A stretch of 64,000 bases of DNA from Bispira polyomma. Taxonomy: Eukaryota. The notes under the pieces are model-generated. The model ran no database searches. It was not told where the DNA came from and saw nothing but the letters and a program-made list of their open reading frames with translations. The number at the start of each line of letters is the position of its first letter. The stretch's first letter is position 1. The position numbers and the translations under genes were made by a program. The stretch covers positions 28,086,001-28,150,000 of the forward strand of contig OZ287753.1 in assembly GCA_965649765.1 (NCBI GenBank), read 5' to 3'. This document shows, one piece after another, positions 24,641 to 40,000 of this stretch.

Positions 24641-27457
24641 AATTTTGTTGTGTTCTGATCATATCACAACAGCCAGATTCAGAAACCAGTATTGACACAC
24701 TGTAAACCACCAACCTGATAACTACCATGGCAACTATCTGACAAACATGCCCACAAGAAGTAACGAAGAGAATTCAAACCCACATTGCTGGGATGCCAGT
24801 GATTTTATATAGCAGGCACTTCTAACCACCAGGTTTCACAATCACTGGCCTCTTATCAATGTGGATTTGAATCTTGTTCATTCCTATTTAAGGTGGAAAG
24901 TTTGTCAGCTACTGACCATAGCTTCAGCACTAGTTTCTTCCACTGATAAATGTCATGGCATAACCCTAGTTGTTGAAAGCGACGTAAAACCCAAAAGCAA
25001 ACATAAGAACACTTTTCCAGACAAGGAAGAAAAGTAAGAGTTTTAATGCTTAAAGCATAAAGTTAACAAGTCATATTTGTGTAACCTATTCACAGAAATA
25101 GTTTTCTCATGTTGTTATTGCTGTTTTTAGATTTTTTGTTTTGGCTCAATAAAGGATTGATCTACTAACAAGCAAAACCTACAGATCATCTAAAAAGGCA
25201 GAAAGAAACACAAAACAAATTGTTGTCATTTGTATAGCTTACTCTGTTAATAATTTTTGTTGATGCTGATTTACTATACCAAGGTTCCCTTCTCGGTTTG
25301 TTAGCAGCAAATAAATGACCTTAAAATGGTATTTTCTGACATTTTTGAGAGGTTTTTTAAAATATTTGTTTTATTGTTACTGTTTTATATGACTCAAATT
25401 ATGGCACTTGTTGGATAAGGGGCTTGTCACAACATTTGTTTTAATAAAAAAAATAAAGACTGGGTTGTTTTTTTAAATACAATGTTTATCTATGGTGGAT
25501 CTAATATCTATCTCAGTGTCTGTTTGATTGTTCACATAATGTTTACAGTTTATTTGTATTAATATTCTGTAAACATTCAACATAGGAAGTGTCCTCACTA
25601 ATACTAAACAAATAATATTCTATATCTATAAAATACAAGTATAAAGGTACTCAGTGGACCACACTCCTGAAGCAAAATGGCATGTCAAAGTCAACCAACA
25701 GACACATGCCGAAAACATAATCTCCTTGACTGAGGTAAAAACAGAATAATATACTTATATCTACTGAGAGTTGTAAATCAATAAGCTCATCTTTGTTTAC
25801 GTGTCACAGACTCCCGTGTTGTCTCTCACTGATGTCCAGATCTTTTGTATCTTATACAATTAGAGTTACAGTCACATAACCAAGGAACCAAGGCCATCAG
25901 AGATATGTGTCAAACGATTTGTCTCAACAGCAAAAAGTTTGAAAGCACAGAATTTGAGACACTAAATAGCATATTCCATTTTTTTCACTCTACACAAAAA
26001 GCGCAAAAAGATACATTCACTAGCCAACTAAAAGCAACAATAAAACCTTAATTCCATTATGTATGAGGGGCTGTCAAAAGTGTCAAAACTGCTTATACAG
26101 TGGACCAAATCATCCTTTACTGCAACATGTGTGTTATCTAATACCTCTGAAAACTGTGTTCGTGACAAAGTCAAATTCATATTTCCTGCTTTAGTCCTGG
26201 CTTTACAAGTGATCACTTTTGACCAGAGAAAGCTGTTTTGGGGGGCAGGCTCTGACTATAAATTGAATTACACTCTGAATGGCTGCTTTCTGAACTATAT
26301 TTGCAGCACTGAAAGCCCCTCAAGAATTAAAGCTGCAACTTAGATATTGGAAATATTTAATTCTTCACATAGAAGTTTGAATTTTGTTAAACCCTTTTAA
26401 GCTTTAGCATAGGAAGTATAATGCACTATATAAGAATAAAAGCAATATGCTCACATTTCTGCTGACACAGGAATATTGAGGACAACTTCATGGCATACCT
26501 ACATATGCTGAATGTAAAAATGAATCTAAATTACCATTTTTGTTAAAAAGTCATATGATGCCGTAAATCACTCCACGCCACATGAATAATAAGTAAGATG
26601 TGAGATGTATTTAACAGTAAGTTGAGGTCCTACCATAGAGTCTTATGTATTTGAAACACTTGAAAGGTATAACTCATTTTTAATTTTACCAATTTACCCG
26701 TTAGCTATTATATTTATTACAAAGTTGTCCTTAGCTTTGCAATTGCCTTGAATATTATCACATGTGTAGAAAATAAATCTTGTCTATGAGCATAGCTGAT
26801 GACATTAGTACATACACAAAGCCTCACTAATCCATAATAGCTGTTTCTTTGTGAGATGATATCACTTCTTCTGGTAAAGTGAGACAATGTATACAATGAA
26901 TCATCTCATATCATGTTCTGACCAATATTTCTCCATGATGGTTATTGTGAATAATCTGACGTACAGTTATATACACAATTTTAGTACTCATCTAGTACTT
27001 ATCATGTGCAGCAAACTAACCATCAACTGAAGAAGGCATTTGATCATTCTTATCTGAAAACTGCTGAATCACCACAAACAAACATACATGCAACTACTAC
27101 AACTATCGCTAAAACCAAGAATAAAAAATGGCAAGGTAATCAGGAAAAGTAAAACTGTCAGGAAATGTCTCACAATCATCCAGTGATACATAGATTTATG
27201 TCACTTTCGACCCTAAACGTGCCGACAACATAGCGTTCGAAAGGATTAAGACCTTTATGCGGTCATGCTTAGATTTTAGGATTAGCGTGTGTAATTCTTT
27301 CTGACACCAAGCCGTCAAAACATAGGGGTAGAAAGCTTTAAGACCGTTCTACAGTCATGCTTAGGGAATTTGAGATGATATTGTGAGCATTTTAAGACTT
27401 TATCAAACACATTCCCTTTTCTGCTATCAGTACCCCCACCACACCCCTCCCCCTTAC

Positions 27458-27648
27458 CTGTGCCTCCAGCGCTCCCTCTGTGGCGACATCCGATAAGGCA
27501 GGTGTCTGGGCGAGCTATCTTCATCAGTAGACGTGTCCCCTGACATGGTCCTAAACGCGGTAAGGGGGATCTCCTCCGGGGACCAGTACTTATTGTTGTT
27601 ATGGTAACCAAACCGGCCCACACGGCCACCCTTAGGCTTGTTATACAT
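27458..27648 (-). CDS. Candidate first coding exon of an unidentified host gene (MYNKPKGGRVGRFGYHNNNKYWSPEEIPLTAFRTMSGDTSTDEDSSPRHLPYRMSPQRERWRH..)
   Basis: GC/CpG-rich island in an AT-rich background. Open frame ends in a strong donor CAG|GTAAGG. Upstream poly-T tract and acceptor (ttcag at 27653 or gag at ~27669). Confidence 0.65.
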
Positions 27649-28915
27649 GTTCCTGAATATGATGATCCTCCCCAAAAAAAAAAAAAAAAAATGCAGTTGG
27701 TGATCACTGTAAGGGCCACACAGTATTTAATGTATGGTTTATATTTTAACTAATAGTGACATATTGCTACATTTAAATGTCATTGTTGAGGTATTATTGC
27801 TTGGGTAGGCCACTAGTAGCATTGTCTTTTGTCGAATTAAACTAGTATATTTTTTCTGTATAAACATCCTTTAACACACCAGCTGAAGCACACATTTTTT
27901 TAAAAACTAACACAACACACCTGGAAATGATTTACACAGTTAATATATCCCATGCCTATGAAGAATTGTTGTTGCAGATTACCTGTATGTTTAGCTAGAC
28001 ACACTTGACAATGATTAATACTTGAAACACCTTTTTTGTTTAAAAGATACCACCTGGTAAACATGTACTAAGTTATGTTAATAGATTTCATGCCCAGGAA
28101 GAATGGTCTTTTAAATGACCATTATTGCTAAAATGTACAGATTACACATATGTAATATTATTATTGTCTCCATTGGTCCGCATATATATCCACACTTTTC
28201 TACCACTCAATTGTCTCAGTAAACTCCAAGCAGCAGAGGCATCAGAGTCAATGTTGCATAACATCATATTTGCCTCATATATCCTTGTTTAGGTTACATA
28301 GCAAGTGTTTTTATGTTGCCAGTTTGATAAATATATATTCCTTCATACATAATAATGGTCACACAGCTTCAGTTTCCCTCACCATTTAGAGTTTTTTGTA
28401 CACGTATATTTTAATGAAATTCTTCTTTTAATTTGTTATCCTTATTTGCACGTTTTGTTATATTTCCATTGGCTTATTATATATGTTATGTTGTTTTTAC
28501 AGTTTGTCTAAAATATTGAAGCCAGTTCTGGAAACAGAATAATAATATTTAAAGTACAAAAGTACACATATGTGTTATCCAGTGGTAGATTTTAACATCA
28601 TATCACACAACATTGACTTACTTTTGTCACTATTACTGTTTTTCCATTTTGACATCTCAAAGAATGTCAAAGAAGAGTCTTCAAATAAATTCCTAGAATC
28701 GTTAAGTTCAAAAGTATGACTGATACTTTCACAATCTTTCCTGCCTAAAACAGACTTTAGGTGTGACATGAAAATTATTCCCCCTAATACAATTGTTACC
28801 TATTGATTTATCAGGAGCAGTAAAACATTGTGGCATTTAGTGAGCACATATTATTAATGTATGGGTGGCTGTGTGTGTAGGAGGAAGGCCAAACATGTCA
28901 CTTTAGTAGACCTCA

Positions 28916-29096
28916 CCATTCATCTTTACTTTATCCAACACATGCGACCAGTGGTCAGTCCCAAACATGAGTTCCTGTCAAGTTGGTTTTCCTCAGGGCC
29001 TATTTCTGTGCCCAGGTAATTCAGTGTGTGGGTGGATTAAAGCTATAACAGAACACTCGGGAAGAACATCTACTGTCTTGGTGATACCATAACACC
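28916..29096 (-). other. Candidate non-coding (5' UTR) exon of the same minus-strand gene
   Basis: Acceptor ctctcttattgtacag| and donor ATG|gtgagg flank a GC-richer ~180 bp block. All three frames contain stops. Confidence 0.35.
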
Positions 29097-32000
29097 TGTA
29101 CAATAAGAGAGCAGAAGTATTAGATGCAGTTATTTGTTATACATACCATACTTATCGTAATAAAGGCCCTCTCTCTAATTAGATCTAGATCACTAAATGC
29201 CAATATTTCAGCAGGTCCCACACTAAAATATAATGAAAAATCAATATATCTCTCCTTCAGTAAACAATAGTGACCTGTATTTAGATAATTGCATGATAAT
29301 GCAGATCAGCAAGTACAAGTCATTGGCCTTATGGCGAAGTATCAAGGCATTCTTTGGGTAGTTTAATTGTTTTTATACATACTACAATGATATTTGTAAC
29401 AATATGTTACACCACCATATATCATCATTGTTTTTTTTTTAATAATAGCCGCCCTTTTGGAAAAAGCAAAAGCCCTGGTGTTGTTTATTACAGGAATTAC
29501 AATCTATAAGTACCAGTGGCCACCTGAGATGCTCTAAAAATATCAACTTTGTTTTCTTTAAAAATAGCCACCCCAGGGGTGATTATAACAGAAATTACAG
29601 TATTTTTGGTTATTATGTGAGTTAAATTTAAATCAGATGCACTTGATCTAGCTACAGTTGCAACAAATGATAATGTCAGCTGCTACGAGTAACGTGCATT
29701 GTAATTACAGAACACAAAGCTATACTGTGTATTTTTTGTAATCTTAATTGTAGTGTATTTAGTAGTAGAATATCACGACTCTCACAGGTCATTCTAGGTT
29801 CTCAGCACCCCAAGCTGACCAGCAATCAGCTCAAAGGTTAAAAGTTGTTATAGCCATAATGAGCCATGGAGGGGGATACTGAAAACCTATTAGACCTTGA
29901 TAAAAATCATTGTCACTATTATTACCAGCTACTTTGGCAAGCTGGCTAACTTATGTCCAAGCTATGGTTCAAGGCAGGGGCTTGAGGATGGCTATTTATT
30001 AATGGTGCTTCAGTTCTTTGGCCTGCCACTGGCTATTCGACACCATGACAGATAATTGAAACAGCTATGAATGTGGCTGCACCTGGTTATCCCAGGCTGG
30101 GTCCTCTGCATTCCTAAGTGGGGGTCTAACCAACAAGACCTGATAATAGTGGTAGATAATATGCTAGTAATGATAGTAACACATAGAACATGTAGTAGTT
30201 ATATATTAATTACACCCTCACAGGTATGCATCAATCGGTAGTTGGTTTACAGAATTCTTAAACTTGCTACACAAATATACATACTTGAATTAATTGTGGT
30301 GATCTATAAAGTAGTGTAACATAAGCCAATTCAGCATTTCATGTGCGCATGCCCAACTCGGGTTAAATGTGATGATATTTAAAATAAATTAATAACACAG
30401 AACTTTTTAAATATGAGTAAATATCCTAGTATTCACATTATAGCCCAAGGTAGAATGAATCCATTAGTGTGTATAACACTTAATCCATTACTTTCCATTT
30501 TGTATGTAATTATCTGGGCATTTTATCAATGTTAAATATCTATTCGAAATATGTGGATTGTATTTTACATCCCTTTTTAGTGTGGCATTAAATAGCAATT
30601 TGCATATATCTATTCCTGTGTTAGGTCACACAAAGTAATTATTTACTTATGTTTTTTTTTAAATAAAAAAATAGTATCACGCACCAATTGTTCCGTACAC
30701 ACATTTGTCATGCTACTTGACTCAGTTCCTTGTAATAATTTCTTTTCCAATATCCAATGCAACCGGTGTTCAAAGTTGAATCAATAATTTGCTGAATATT
30801 TTTTTTCTTATCTCATTGAAAAGAGAAAAGGCTACACCATACCATGGATGAGTTATAAGAACTACATAAGAACTTCAATAAACTTTTAGCTTAATACAAA
30901 AGTGAATAAAAAAAATTATAAATCAAGTTTAAAAGGAAGTAGTAAAATCGCCTATTAATCTCCATTTTTTGTACTTTCAATCCACAATCTAAAAGTTGCA
31001 AACACTTTATTTGCTATTTTGTTCATAAAAGTAAAAGTCACATTTACATTATATTATTTAAAACAAAACAGCTATATCGTCGTATTTGTCTTTGTTTTAC
31101 CTTTTTTTTATACAAAATACAATAATAACTGTATCCTCCTTAGATCCACCTATATGCTCAATCAGTGGCCTCCATAACAAGGCAATCCACCTTTTTTGGT
31201 TTTATCTATGCATAATACGCCTTGTAAGGGGTCGTCTTTTAACTTGAGACCAGTTCATTACTTCGACACAAATCAAACCGCAAGTTTTCTCCCCCGCATT
31301 TTTTTTCTCTACACCAATCATCGATGTCTCCTTTTTTCCTGGGCGAGTGAAATGATTCCAAATATACTCAAACACTTTATTTGTAGAATGAGATGCTTTC
31401 ATTAAAGGGGGACATTTACTTGTGTACACCTATCTCGATATTCTTACATTTCTTATCCTTTATGTAATCATACTGTTCATAACAAGCCTATTTATTCTAG
31501 TTTATTACAGCTTTCTCATATAAAAAACAGGACCTAGTGTTTAGAATAAAATAACAGAGTATATAACTTTCTCCAGTTATATTAAAAAAGTTGTGTATGT
31601 ATTTGACATCATGACAGTTCAAAAACATTTGTAATCACTTCTCTGTAACCAAAACGTGTTTTGATATTTACAAAAATTTGTTTTTCAAAACATCAAAGTT
31701 TTTATTGGCATATTTATTTGCAAAGCATCTTAAGTGTGATGTTGAAAATGTTAAGAACTAAAAAATTTGAATATACCAGATTTTGGTACAATGACTATAA
31801 TTAAGTATTTTTCTAACATAGTGTTTGTTTTCTATTTAGTATATAAGGTGCTTATATCTCTAATGATGGTACTTAAAATAAGGTCTAAGTCTAAACTTAG
31901 TTTTAAGTCAAGATTTTCTTAAATATGTTATACTGCCTACAAATATCTGCTTTATTAGCATGGACTTCCTTTCAGCATGTTTTTCGGCTGATTTTATCTG

Positions 32001-33656
32001 TCATTATTTATTATTAAGAGGTGCTTCCTTTCAACATATTTCCCTCATATCAGATCGGATGTCGGCCGACATCTGTTCTCCTATCATAATTTATCGGTCA
32101 GAGAGAGAAAAAATCGGGACGTCGGTCCAATTTTTAAACTAAAATTAAGAAAAAGAATAATTCTCACACCATTTCACATAGTAGATATTGGATAAAAGGA
32201 AGCGCTACATCGGCTGATGTCGGCTCGGCTCAGAATTAAATAAATTGGCCGACGTCGGTGACTGCTGAAAGGAAGCCCAGGCTTAATGTTACTTGGTCTA
32301 AGGACATTTATATGAATACAAACTTCTGCAATTTAAATTGTGCAAGTATAAAACAGAATTTAATAATACTTAAATAGTATTGGCAATGAATTGGAAAGAA
32401 GAACAAGCCACAAAGTCAAGCCATTAAAAATAACATAAGTGAACAATAAATATTAAAATGTGAATGAAATATCAGATATAATTTGAACTGTACATCAATT
32501 ACTTAATGATCATTTTATATGTGAGCAAAATACATGTTGTACAGAAAAATTCCCGTCCATTTTACATTTTATATTCTTGTTCACAATTTCTATCCTAGCA
32601 CTCCTGTTGTGGGTGTTTCAATGACTATGTATCATAGATTCTGGTCATATTCCATTCTGTGGCTTACAACATTTTGAAAAATGACGTTAGAGGCACTTTA
32701 CTGGAGGAATCAACTGACAACAAAAAAAGTCGTCTACTCAAATAGGAAAAAGTCTCCCCAATATCGCTCAGGAAAGAGGAGGGATAGACTTATCTCGCTG
32801 CTGTATCTCCATGACAGATTCTTTATGGTGTGTTTTCCTTTTTCAGCCATCTTAACCCCCACAGTTTATCCCTAAGGTATCTTCTCCAACTGTTACTTCT
32901 CACAAAAACTCATTTTAAGGCTATTCATTTTAAATTTATAGTATCATAAAAACAAATTGTTTATGATACCAGTGCGTGTAGAAATTAATAAGACCAAAGA
33001 ATTGTTACTTTCTTTGTATTTATGCACTGACAATTTTAATGTTATGGCATATGAGAATAGTAAATGTTTTGCATGCAATGTCTAGGAGATGATTCAGACC
33101 ATTCCTGTGTAGCTTTGCGGCTTATAGCTGTCCCCAAAACAGGCTTGGCAATTTTAGAAGGCCAATGTTGCAATTTTCTGGGTGAAAGGCAAATTGTGGT
33201 TGTTTTATTGCTATCATGTATTTTCTGCCTTTGTTCTTAATGTTTGTTTTCCTTTTTTTATATTGGAAGTAACAACATTATAGAAAAGAGTGCTATCAAT
33301 TATACTGTGTTTTACAACTATCAAGTTTTTTTCTTCTGTTGATGTTTTCAAAGCAATAGTACAGAGCTTTTATTTTTGTGTTGAGGCAATTTAATTTGGT
33401 TTTAGCTAGAATTTTCATACTGCACAGTGTTGTATCATGTGTTAATGCAATTTAATTCAAAATGAATTAAAACCCCAATACGTTCGAGCCACTCTATATC
33501 TATAAATGTTATAAATGGGGTATTTGACTTTCATCAATGTTTTTTTTTAAACTTGGAGTAATGAAAAAACAACTTCTTTAAGCTTTTCAAGACAAAGGTG
33601 TCATACATTAGTATCAGAGAGTATATGTAGACAATTATTGTATGCGTGTGAATATG

Positions 33657-33885
33657 TGATCTCTGTGGCCTGGCGGTTAAACTGTCAGACTTTGGATCTT
33701 TTAAAGATCTGAGTGTCTCGGTTGGATCCTCACTGCTGGCCTGGCGATTTTACTCTTGGAAAAGGTACTTTACACAAAATTGTCCCTCTCTACCCAGGTG
33801 TATAAATGGGTACCTGGCCGCTAATGGGTGTTAGTCTTTGTGCGCCTTATGTGACAGCACGGCTAGTATGCTTCCTGAGGGTGCT
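33657..33885 (+). mobile_element. tRNA-derived SINE with Nin/Deu-like core
   Basis: A-box tggcctggcgg, B-box ggttggatcc, core ctctacccaggtgtataaatgggtacctggc. An older copy lies at ~59895-60050. Confidence 0.7.
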
Positions 33886-35426
33886 AAGACTAAAAAAATA
33901 GTTGACAAGTAAACTTTTAACCCCAAATAGGGTAAAATAATCATTAATGTTAATCATAATGTTTCAGTATTTCGTAATGCCTCATTTGATGTCAAGTACC
34001 ATTTATTTAAATCTTGATGCATGTTTCTCTATGGCTGTGTATTGTAGGATTATTCTGCTCCTTACATCGAAAAGCTTTATGTCACTTGTAGAAAAAGTGT
34101 TAGACAGATTTTAGGTTTACCTTATAATAACAACTGTGGTCTTTTGAAAGTCATGTAAAACCCCAAAATAAAACAAAATTAATACTTGTTGACAGACAAA
34201 AATTTACTGAACTAGTGTAAAACACTATTGTATAGAATGCTATTTGATCTATATGGCATAAAACTGAGTTATTCCTTTTCTCAAGTTAGTATATAATTCA
34301 TAATTATTCATAAGTATTTATATGCTTAGAAACATCAAACAAACATTGCATCTACCACATCTATTAAAATGTATCAATTACTGAAAATTAAATGTTTACA
34401 CATTTGACATCAGCAAACCAAAATTCGGCCTTACAATATACTCAATCATAAATTCATATTTGACTCACATGTAGCCCTGTAGTAAGAATCTATTAACAAT
34501 ATCGATATATAAAATCTTACCTCAAAATGGAATGCAGCATTGAAATTTTAACCAAAGGGAATAGTCAAAGGTGTTGGATATTTCTATAGCAGTATATTCC
34601 TCTACCACGCCATATTTCAAACAGGACTCTTGTCAAAACTAACTCTCTTACATCTGTTAACAGTCAAAAGAAATTTTTTACTTTAACATTGAATTCAGCA
34701 TTGAAATCCTTACTTAAAAGAGTTGGCAAAGATGAAGGGGTACAACATGTTTCATTTTGAAGTATCTTCTTTAACATTGCTGTCAAGTTGTCAGTAGATG
34801 TTCCACTCTGCAGCTGGACCAATAGAACACCTCTTGTAATAATTGCTGCTGTCAATAAAAGATGGACTAGGTAAACTGCTGTAGACAGTTTACTTCCATA
34901 TTGGAACTTTTTAATGACGATGATGTTTTTTGTTTTAACTTACTCTGAAGGAGTATAATTCATTTATAATGTCTACAACATCTGTTAGCAACATTATACA
35001 ACATACTCCAACTCATCAGGAAAACTTTAAAAGAATCATTTTCTTTCATGTTAATAGTTTGTATTTCACTGGCATATGCCTAATAACCATTTAAAGTAGG
35101 CTTTATTGCTTAAAAAGCTGAAGAGCCAAACTATCGTCAAACTTGTTCATAAAGATCAAGTGGTTGGTCGCGCTTTTTGTGAAGTTTGATATTGGTCTCT
35201 TTGATTATAGGGGCTCTTGACATAGGGTTTTTGGGTATGTTTGACTTGACAGTTTAATGTGTAACTCACAGTTCAATTAGATAAACATCTGTTGACAGTT
35301 AACAGCACTAGATCAACGAAAAAATATCAGACTGGTTTATTTTCCAGACAACTTTGTCCTCTGATATGCTGTATCCCAAGGCTCTGTGCTGGTTTAACTT
35401 AGCTTTATCGTATAGAACTTCTCTTA

Positions 35427-36468
35427 TACCCCAGACATACCCCAGTCACACTCATATTCCGATCTCCTACAGACCACCTACAACCACACAATAAAAAATC
35501 AGTTTTGCTGTTCTCTGGTAGTCTTCAGTACTTGTATGACCAGTTTAGTCGGAAGCAGGTTTTCGCTTTGCATACAAAATCCTGCTGGCGATCAAAGTGG
35601 TCTTCAGCAATTCACCAATTACACAAAAGTTCCCCACCACCTAAATTATCTCCAGTCAGACAGAGGTTGTGATCTCCTACAGACCACATGCAACCTCCCA
35701 TTGACAGTAAGTTTATATGATTAACTTAAGAAATTGGCCGAGTGATTTTCGTTTTCTTTAGTAGTCTTCAGTTGTTATAGATGGAGGTAGTCTGAATGGG
35801 GATGCATGTGGTTTTACCAACCACAGTTTACACACCTTGAAGCAATTTATGGACCATTGCATCCTTACTTAGGTAATTCTGGCTCTCCAGTTCAAGCGTC
35901 AGGTTCACCATACTGCAGCCGTCTGGTGATCCATGGCCACACCCAAAACATCTGTTCTATTCGAATCCTCCTTCTGTCATATAGCAGTACGGCTACAGCA
36001 GAAACATTTTGTTGTTCTTGTGCCATTAGTGTGAGTATATTGAGAGGTTATCTGGCTATAGGAAGTGCCATGTTAAAATGTTGTCTGTTCAAAACAAGAT
36101 AAATGGTATTGGATCATCGGTGTCAGGCTGTATTCATACCACCTTGAATTTAACAGTCTTAGGTTATCTTTTAAAATCAGCACTTGACGTACAATGGTCT
36201 GCCATCTCTCTTTGCCGGTCTCACCAAGATCATACAGCAGTGGCTGAAATTCGCACATTGTTAAACAGTCATACGATCGATCCTCAATTATCTTACCAAT
36301 TCGGTAAAATTTTGCACAAAGGTGGGCCACCAATTTTGTGATCAGCTGCAGACTGATAAAGACACCAAACAAAAGAATTGCGGGCAATCCATGGTAGGCG
36401 TAGTTTTTAGGGTTGCTGGTGATCTGCCACAGCTTGGATGTAAGTCAGATGGTCTGTGTGACTGTGGC
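35427..36468 (-). mobile_element. PIF/Harbinger deletion derivative
   Basis: Imperfect TIRs (cccagtcacac / gtgtgactgtgg) flanked by tta. Minus-strand remnants of a MADF/Myb-like domain (QPLLYDL..KERWQTI..LLNSRWY) and of the Harbinger nuclease N-terminal motif (RRRIR..FWVWPWITRRLQYG, ~35975-35905). Confidence 0.7.
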
Positions 36469-39039
36469 TTATTGGTGAAGTCAAGTATCAGTCCAATGAC
36501 AATAATTGCATCCATGCATATGACAACCAAATTAAGTAGCCATAGGGTAGGAATATAGATTCTTTGGTTTTCAAACTCTCGTAGCAGTCTTGATGCCATT
36601 GAAAATTAAATGAAAAAGGTTAAACTGAACTCGATACCGACATAAGAGATTTTATCATTACCATTTTTATCATTCACTGAAGTCACATTTACCTACATGT
36701 GACACTCTTGAACCATCACAAGGTAATCACTGAAGTGACATTTACCTGTCAAATTGCTAAACCATAAGGTGTAACCTACTTCATGTCTAAACAGGCAAAT
36801 GTGGCTTTTTGTCATAGCTGTTCCAGTTGAGTGAAATAAATTCCCACAAGTTTTAACATTACAAAGTATCCCATTTAGAAGTCAGGTGTAAACTTATCTT
36901 TTCAAGTTTTTCCTATCCCACTTTTTTAGTTCGAGGACTTGTTTGGTAGAATTCTAATAATTTTTTTTCTGTAAATGGACTATACCTTTTTTTGGAGAAT
37001 TGCAACCTTAGAGAATGTTTGATGATTTTGGCGCTTTACGAATTGTTTTATTAAATTTCAAAGCAAATATTAAACTAGTCATTGATTACATCTTAAATAT
37101 ATTCAGAATTTAACATCACCTTAGAATTTTTTACGAATAACCTCATTGTCCAGAAAACTATAAACCTTTACTATAAAAAAATAGGATAAAAGTAGAACTC
37201 AAGATGCCATTTATTGTATTTATGACAACATATGGTATAATATAATTAAAATAACTCTTTGCAATTTAGAGTCTGACGGCTGAACAGCTCATTAGATTCG
37301 ATTATACAAACTGAAAAGAGAAAACGCCTCTTATGGTAAAACTGTTTACTAGATCACTTTATAATAATAAGCTGGTGATTTTTTAAATGACATGGGCATA
37401 CATGTAAGCAGCCTTTCCTCTGAACATTTTCAGTAGCAGAGTTAAAAAATGATCAAATTACCTGTCTTGAAGCATACTTACACAGACACACTATTAGTCT
37501 TAGTGATATTACATTTAAGTTAAAACTCCCACTCAAATTTTCAACGGAGTTTATCTGCAAACTACTGTATGCACAAATTAACTACAACTGTTAATCATCA
37601 TTTTAACAAAGCGGTCAATGTTCTATTTAAATAGGGATCTCATATATTTAGATATATTGTCTGATGATGGGATATTTTGGAACTTTAGTTTTCAGTCTGA
37701 GTTTGTGTGGTAGACATTTTTACTGTATTTATGGGATACTACACATGTTGTACAAATGATATTTCTACATGAGACATCACACATCTTACTGGGTAGACTG
37801 GCGCCTACCTCACCTCTTAAAGATGCCACTTCAGCTGCTAGAAATGCAGCAAAAAAAACACCATAAGGCTGTCATTAACTGGACTCGCAGACAAGGGGTT
37901 ATCTGTGTGTGTGTATGTGTGTGTTTAGGTTTAAACCTTCACATCGTAGAACATATGGCAATAATGAAGAATGTCATGGTCAGCCAGCTGATTACACTGA
38001 CAACCATTTTCTTTGAAAATACTGAATGCACTTTACTTTGCACTTAAGTCTGGTTTTACATGATGAAACTGATCGCACGCGAATAATTGCATCAGACAAA
38101 AATGTATAAAACTTAACATTTTTACATATTGTCAGCATTTTGGGGGTTTATTTTTCTTCATTTTGCGACATTTGTATGGGACAAAGAACTTAAGGTTCGT
38201 ACTATACAACTTTGTCTCAGGCGATTAATTCCATGCCAGTACTTGTATGTTGTGGACCAGGCTTTATATGATACAAATTCAGTTTAGTGGCTCTAATTTA
38301 GGCGATTTTCACAGAATTTAGGGTAAAAATGTTCAATTGTTGAATAAAAGTGTTGTTGGTTTTACTGGGGGGGGAGGGGAGGGGAGTCCTAATAAATGGA
38401 AACTTGGAGAGCATTTGTATGCTGTCAAATGGTTACAATGCAAAGTATGGTTTAAATTGCCTGAATATTAACGATCACAAAAACATGCAGGCACGTAAAC
38501 TGCAGTGTATTTTAAAGCATAGTCCAATGCAGGATTTCGCAAAAAGGGGATCCACTCCCATATTTTATTCTGAATATCAATGTTAAGATTTAGTTGTTAG
38601 ACTCGTGTTAGCAGCGGAAAGGAAATACCTCCGTGCTTCCAATTATCGATCACTTAATTTCTTTTATCATTGCTAATACAATTCCTCATTAACATACAAT
38701 ACACAATGACAATGACAACACAATTACTTTCAAATTATTTCAAGTCCATGTGATTTTCCACTAATGATCTAGCAAAGTTCTCGTTAACATTATTTGACAT
38801 AGACAATTAAGCCTATATTGATAATGCCTTTTCACCCCTGCCAATTCCTACTACACTATTTGGTGGCATCAAATAATGCCTACTCCCTCTCGATTTAGTT
38901 TGCAAAAACTGAAATTAATTTTATTTTTACTACTCTCTGAGAAGCAATAGCTTTTAAAAAAACACTCAAGGTAGAAATCGATTTAGACATATAATACGTG
39001 ACCACAATGCACACAAGTAATGTACTATTACTCACAAAA

Positions 39040-39770
39040 CAAGAGTTGTCTTTTAAGAAAGACTTAGGTGCACGTGTGAAATACACTAACGTCGATATGG
39101 CCAATATAAATTCTCAGGCCAACTTGGCATCCCTACAAAATTAATCGGACACCCCTCAGTTTGGCCGGGTTGATTGCTTACAACCAATCCATGAAGGCCT
39201 TACGTATTATTTCTAAAGTTGGTGGCACTCTTTTCAAAACGAAAATAATATCAGGCTGTGCCTTATAAAAAATTATGAAACATTCCATGATGAAAAAAAT
39301 GGATGAAAGATATGAGGGGCTATAAAAGGGAGCATCCAATTTCTCATCAATTTTCTCAATACAGAGAGAATGGGTTCTATTGTGGAAAGTCATGAGGTTA
39401 TTGGCTAAATATCTCAATAAACCACACACAATCTGCAGCCAAACAGGACAGCTCAAATATAAACTTTATGGCTAAAAGAGAAATTTGTAAAACTCCCCAA
39501 TTATCGTCCACTGACATTGTCCTTGAGATACTTGTGTAATGATAAAGATCATATATAACATAACAAGAGTTGCCTTTTTTAAAAGACACAGGCACGCAGT
39601 TTGAAATGCACTAACGTTGATATGTTCACTATAAACTCAGACAGGCTGAGCCTAATAACAATAAATCTGACACCCCTCACTTTGCCCCGGTCGATTACTT
39701 CGAACCAATCCATGTAGGCCTCATAGAATTTTTCAAAACAATATCAGGCTGGGCTTGATAAAAATGCTAA
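39040..39770 (+). repeat. Diverged ~230-bp direct repeat pair (39040-39270, 39563-39770)
   Basis: Shared acaagagttg..cactaacgt(c/t)gatatg..cacccctca..aaccaatccatg..aggcc..atatcaggctg. Confidence 0.7.
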
Positions 39771-40000
39771 AACATGAGAAACTTCTGAATATTTTTAGTT
39801 GAAGCCACACCTATTGTTTGAGCCAGTGACCCCTAACCAACAATCGAATGGTCAGTCAAACATGGGACGGAAATCCTTCTATAACAAAAGACCACTCGGT
39901 GGATTTCAATCCTCCATCACAGAGGAACAAAATTGAAGGTGTCTGAGCTGTAGCTGCCATCTGACAGCAAATCAAAAAGTAGTATTCCCAAGTAGTTTTG

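Noticed and set aside
31202-31429. Possible BED zinc-finger remnant (YIWNHF..CGLIC)
   Set aside because: Cys/His spacing is incomplete and no transposase or TIR context was seen.
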